DNA of 64,000 nucleotides from a virus (taxonomy: Duplodnaviria; Caudoviricetes). The notes under the pieces are model-generated. The model was given only the letters and a program-made list of their open reading frames with translations, did not search any database and was not told the origin of the DNA. Below, one piece after another: positions 61,401-64,000 of the stretch. The translations under genes and the position numbers were made by a program. Every line of letters starts with the position of its first letter. Within the stretch, counting starts at the first letter, position 1. The stretch spans positions 15,135 to 79,134 of the IMG/VR virus record IMGVR_UViG_3300028454_000499. The stretch is one strand, 5' to 3'.

Positions 61401-62162
61401 ATGATTACAGTAGTTATCAGCAATAAGAAGGGTGGCGTTGGCAAGACAACCACGGCCTATAACCTTGCAGCCGGATTAAGAAAACGAGGAAAATCCGTTC
61501 TGGCCATTGACCTTGACCCACAATGTTCCCTCACGAAGTTTTGCGGCGTAAACAAAAATGGCCCAACTTCTTTCGGTGTCATTACCAAAGAAGTAAACAT
61601 TAACAGTGCTATTTTGAAGCTGGAATTCTTCGACCTTATCCCTGGTAGTCCTCTGCTGAACAGTGCGGACCAGAACCTTCCAGAATCCGTAAATCGGCTT
61701 ATGCGAATTCGTGAAGCCCTCTCGGAACTGGCTACCGATTACGATTATGTCATCATGGATAACGCACCTGCTCTCGGCGTTGTCACCGTCAATGCGTATA
61801 TGGCCACAGATTATGTAGTAATCCCTGCCGAAGCCAACGAACTATCCACGGATGGCATCGCCAACGTCTTTGAATCCGTCCTCGATGTCCGCAAATATGT
61901 AAATCCCAATATTAAAATCGCCGGTATCCTGCTGACCAGATTCAAGCCCAATACGGTTTTGAATCGCGAATATACCGATATATTCAACGAACTGGCCAAA
62001 GGGATGGGAACAAAGGTTTTCAAGACGGCAATCCGTGAAAATGTAAATCTCGCAGAACTGCCATCCATTCATGTGCCAATCTTCGATTACAAACCAAATT
62101 CCACTGGTGCCGAAGATTACAATAAGTTCATCGACGAATTTATCAAAGGAGTAGAGAAGTAA
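61401..62162 (+). CDS. parA: ParA/Soj partition ATPase (type Ib)
   Basis: KGGVGKTT, DLDPQ, MDNAP motifs; no N-terminal HTH. Confidence 0.93.
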   Translation: MITVVISNKKGGVGKTTTAYNLAAGLRKRGKSVLAIDLDPQCSLTKFCGVNKNGPTSFGVITKEVNINSAILKLEFFDLIPGSPLLNSADQNLPESVNRLMRIREALSELATDYDYVIMDNAPALGVVTVNAYMATDYVVIPAEANELSTDGIANVFESVLDVRKYVNPNIKIAGILLTRFKPNTVLNREYTDIFNELAKGMGTKVFKTAIRENVNLAELPSIHVPIFDYKPNSTGAEDYNKFIDEFIKGVEK

Positions 62163-62163
62163 A

Positions 62164-62544
62164 ATGCCAATAGATAGAAGCGAACAATTCCACAAGCGGA
62201 AATCCGATGCTATGCGCTTAATCAGTGGTGCAATCGAAAAAGCAAAAGAGGCACCAGAAGCTGAAATCGTAGAAGCACTCAAAGAGGCCGATAAGCCAAT
62301 CGTAAAAGCACCACCGGCAAAACCGCAGGTAAAGCATGAACAGCCAAAGGTCGATGAAAAAGAACGCCGCAACAAACGTGTCACCCTCTATCTTACCGAG
62401 GATGAATACGAAATGTTCCGCGAACAGGCTTTCCGCCGCCGCAAAAAACTGAATGAGGTCATCGTAACGGCTGCCAAGAAAAACATCGGCAGACCCCCTG
62501 CACCTCCGAAGAAGTATACCGAAAATAACGAAGAAAACGAATAA
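62164..62544 (+). CDS. Ribbon-helix-helix centromere-binding protein (ParG/omega-like)
   Basis: Disordered N-terminus, then KRVTLYLTEDEYEMFREQAFRRRKKLNEVI; cotranscribed with parA. Confidence 0.75.
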   Translation: MPIDRSEQFHKRKSDAMRLISGAIEKAKEAPEAEIVEALKEADKPIVKAPPAKPQVKHEQPKVDEKERRNKRVTLYLTEDEYEMFREQAFRRRKKLNEVIVTAAKKNIGRPPAPPKKYTENNEENE

Positions 62545-62844
62545 GCCTCTTGCCTTGCCTTACCTTACTTTGATATAATATTAAAGTCTTGTATATGGTC
62601 ATTTATTTGTAGATGAATTGCTGTAATCTCAAGGCAAGCGTACTGAATTAGCTATCATCCAACCTGGATGAAGCTTCCCCAAACCCTGCTATCCCCATGT
62701 AGCAGGGTTTTTTACTTTCTAAAACGAAAAAAATCCGTAGACTAATTAACACTTTGTCTGCGGATTTTTTCAATGCAATGCAATAGTTTATATGCAAAGT
62801 TTTTTTCATGCCCCTCTACGCCAATCCTGGGCGTTCAATTTTTT

Positions 62845-62900
62845 CGCCATTACACCATTACGCCATTATAACGCTATACAATTATACAATTACGCCATTA
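62845..62900. repeat. 8-bp-periodic array downstream of the par operon
   Basis: cgccatta|caccatta|cgccatta|taacgcta|tacaatta|tacaatta|cgccatta. Confidence 0.8.
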
Positions 62901-63480
62901 TCTTACCCAATCGTCGGAAAAATGCCCTTATTTTACGAGGGGTCATTGTTCCAGAATCCTTTAGTCCTTCTGACACTTCCAAAGCATACGGATGAAAGTC
63001 CTTGTTAATTTTCAATGCGTTTTCTCTGTCAACATTAGCGGCCAGTATTACCGACTTATGCAACGTTGCTATATCGCGCGCAAGATTACCATTTTTATAG
63101 TTCTGTTCACCTATGTCGAGCAAAATCATTTCCGCAGCACTATTTTCAGCTTTCTCAACGGAGAACAACTCATTGTAATAATATCGCTTAATAACCGGAC
63201 AAGGCATTTGACGGATATATTCATTGCTTTCGTCCCCGTTAAGCTGCACATAATCCAAGCCGACCATGGTGGCTATTTTTTTCACCCGGTCAATGTCATC
63301 ATCCGTAAACACACCAACCTTGCGAGTTCGAGGAATCTGTTGCGCCAGAGCCATAGCCCTCTCTGGTGTCACAAAATCCTTGTTGTCTAAATCGAAGTTA
63401 AAGCTGATGAAATCAGCCCCACATTCCTCCGCTGTTATAGCCGCGAACATATCCGTAATCCCCGAAATCTTTGCCCTCAT
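62890..63480 (-). CDS. TrpF (PRA isomerase)-like protein with degenerate active site
   Basis: AKISGIT, VGVF, VQLNGDES, ILLD, ILAANV, EVSEGL parallel KICGIT, QLHGDE, LAGGL, DVSSGV. Confidence 0.75.
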   Translation of the reverse strand: MRAKISGITDMFAAITAEECGADFISFNFDLDNKDFVTPERAMALAQQIPRTRKVGVFTDDDIDRVKKIATMVGLDYVQLNGDESNEYIRQMPCPVIKRYYYNELFSVEKAENSAAEMILLDIGEQNYKNGNLARDIATLHKSVILAANVDRENALKINKDFHPYALEVSEGLKDSGTMTPRKIRAFFRRLGKIMA

Positions 63481-63856
63481 GTATAATCCCCACGCTTTCT
63501 TTAACAACTAAAGATATACCTAACATTATAACATTAAGTCTTATAATTAGATATATATGGTTGTAGATGTATTAAATTACTACTACATGGGGCCATTATA
63601 TAAATTCTGTTATCCGCTATGAAAATTTTTTCAAAAAGACCATAACACTTTCCCTTCTTCGAGGATATAAAGAACAAAGGTTCAATAGCCACCCACGGTA
63701 TCGGTCATATTAGAAAGTATGTGGTAATAAAATATACAAAAACCTTGACTTTGTTTACCCAGAGGATTACACTATGATAGTACAAACCCAATGACCTCGG
63801 GCAGTACATTCGATTGAGGCTGGCCGTCGCAACCGGCCTTACCTTGAAACCCATAA

Positions 63857-63908
63857 AAAGAGGCGCTGTGATGAAATGCGAAAGCATTTTATCCACAGCG
63901 CCTTTTTG
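63857..63908. terminator. Long bidirectional terminator hairpin
   Basis: AGGCGCTGTG...GC-GAAA-GC...CACAGCGCCT-T5; an off-window minus-strand gene ends at about 63935. Confidence 0.75.
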
Positions 63909-64000
63909 TTCATAAGCATATGGCTGAAACACATTATATTTGCTCTTTGGATTTTTTAGTGCTCGACAGAAGCTTAACAAGGTCACTGCTGATTTCCACC

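Noticed and set aside
63889-63897. Perfect DnaA box near the right edge
   Set aside because: A single copy embedded in a terminator stem; probably coincidental.
1-64000. DGR, retron, IS or group I/II intron
   Set aside because: No reverse transcriptase, transposase, TR/VR pair or interrupted core gene was seen.

Overview
Nearly the whole window (about 1-62,900) is one temperate siphovirus-like element from a Firmicutes/Negativicutes-type host; the host assignment is inference only. The left half, minus strand, is the morphogenesis operon: terS, Bro-HNH, terL, portal, protease/scaffold, capsid, head-tail genes, major tail, gpG/GT with a -1 slippery site, a 2202-aa tape measure carrying SLT and Cys-His peptidase domains, and tail-tip genes running off the left edge. 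Morons interrupt it. From about 29 to 43 kb on the plus strand is an AT-rich early array of small genes, a Xer-like recombinase, a HaeIII-like R-M pair and an ART/radical-SAM/HAD cluster. From about 43 to 59 kb on the minus strand are replication and nucleotide genes: SSB, primase-helicase, PD-(D/E)XK nuclease, RusA, class II RNR, ThyX-like, dUTPase and a sigma-like factor. The right end has an XRE repressor with an ImmA-like protease, a non-coding origin-like region with DnaA boxes and an antisense sRNA, and a ParA plus RHH partition pair, which suggests a phage-plasmid. A degenerate trpF-like gene follows. Top findings: (1) a C5 DNA methyltransferase split into six coupled ORFs, four of them free-standing paralogous target-recognition modules; (2) a 61-nt tRNA-like fold without a normal anticodon loop, inside a ~208-nt structured RNA; (3) 8-bp-periodic centromere-like arrays at about 10 sites, several just upstream of lytic genes; (4) three paralogous ~55-aa acidic genes, two missed by the ORF track, each with its own terminator. 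Family assignments come from motif recognition only; no database searches were run.
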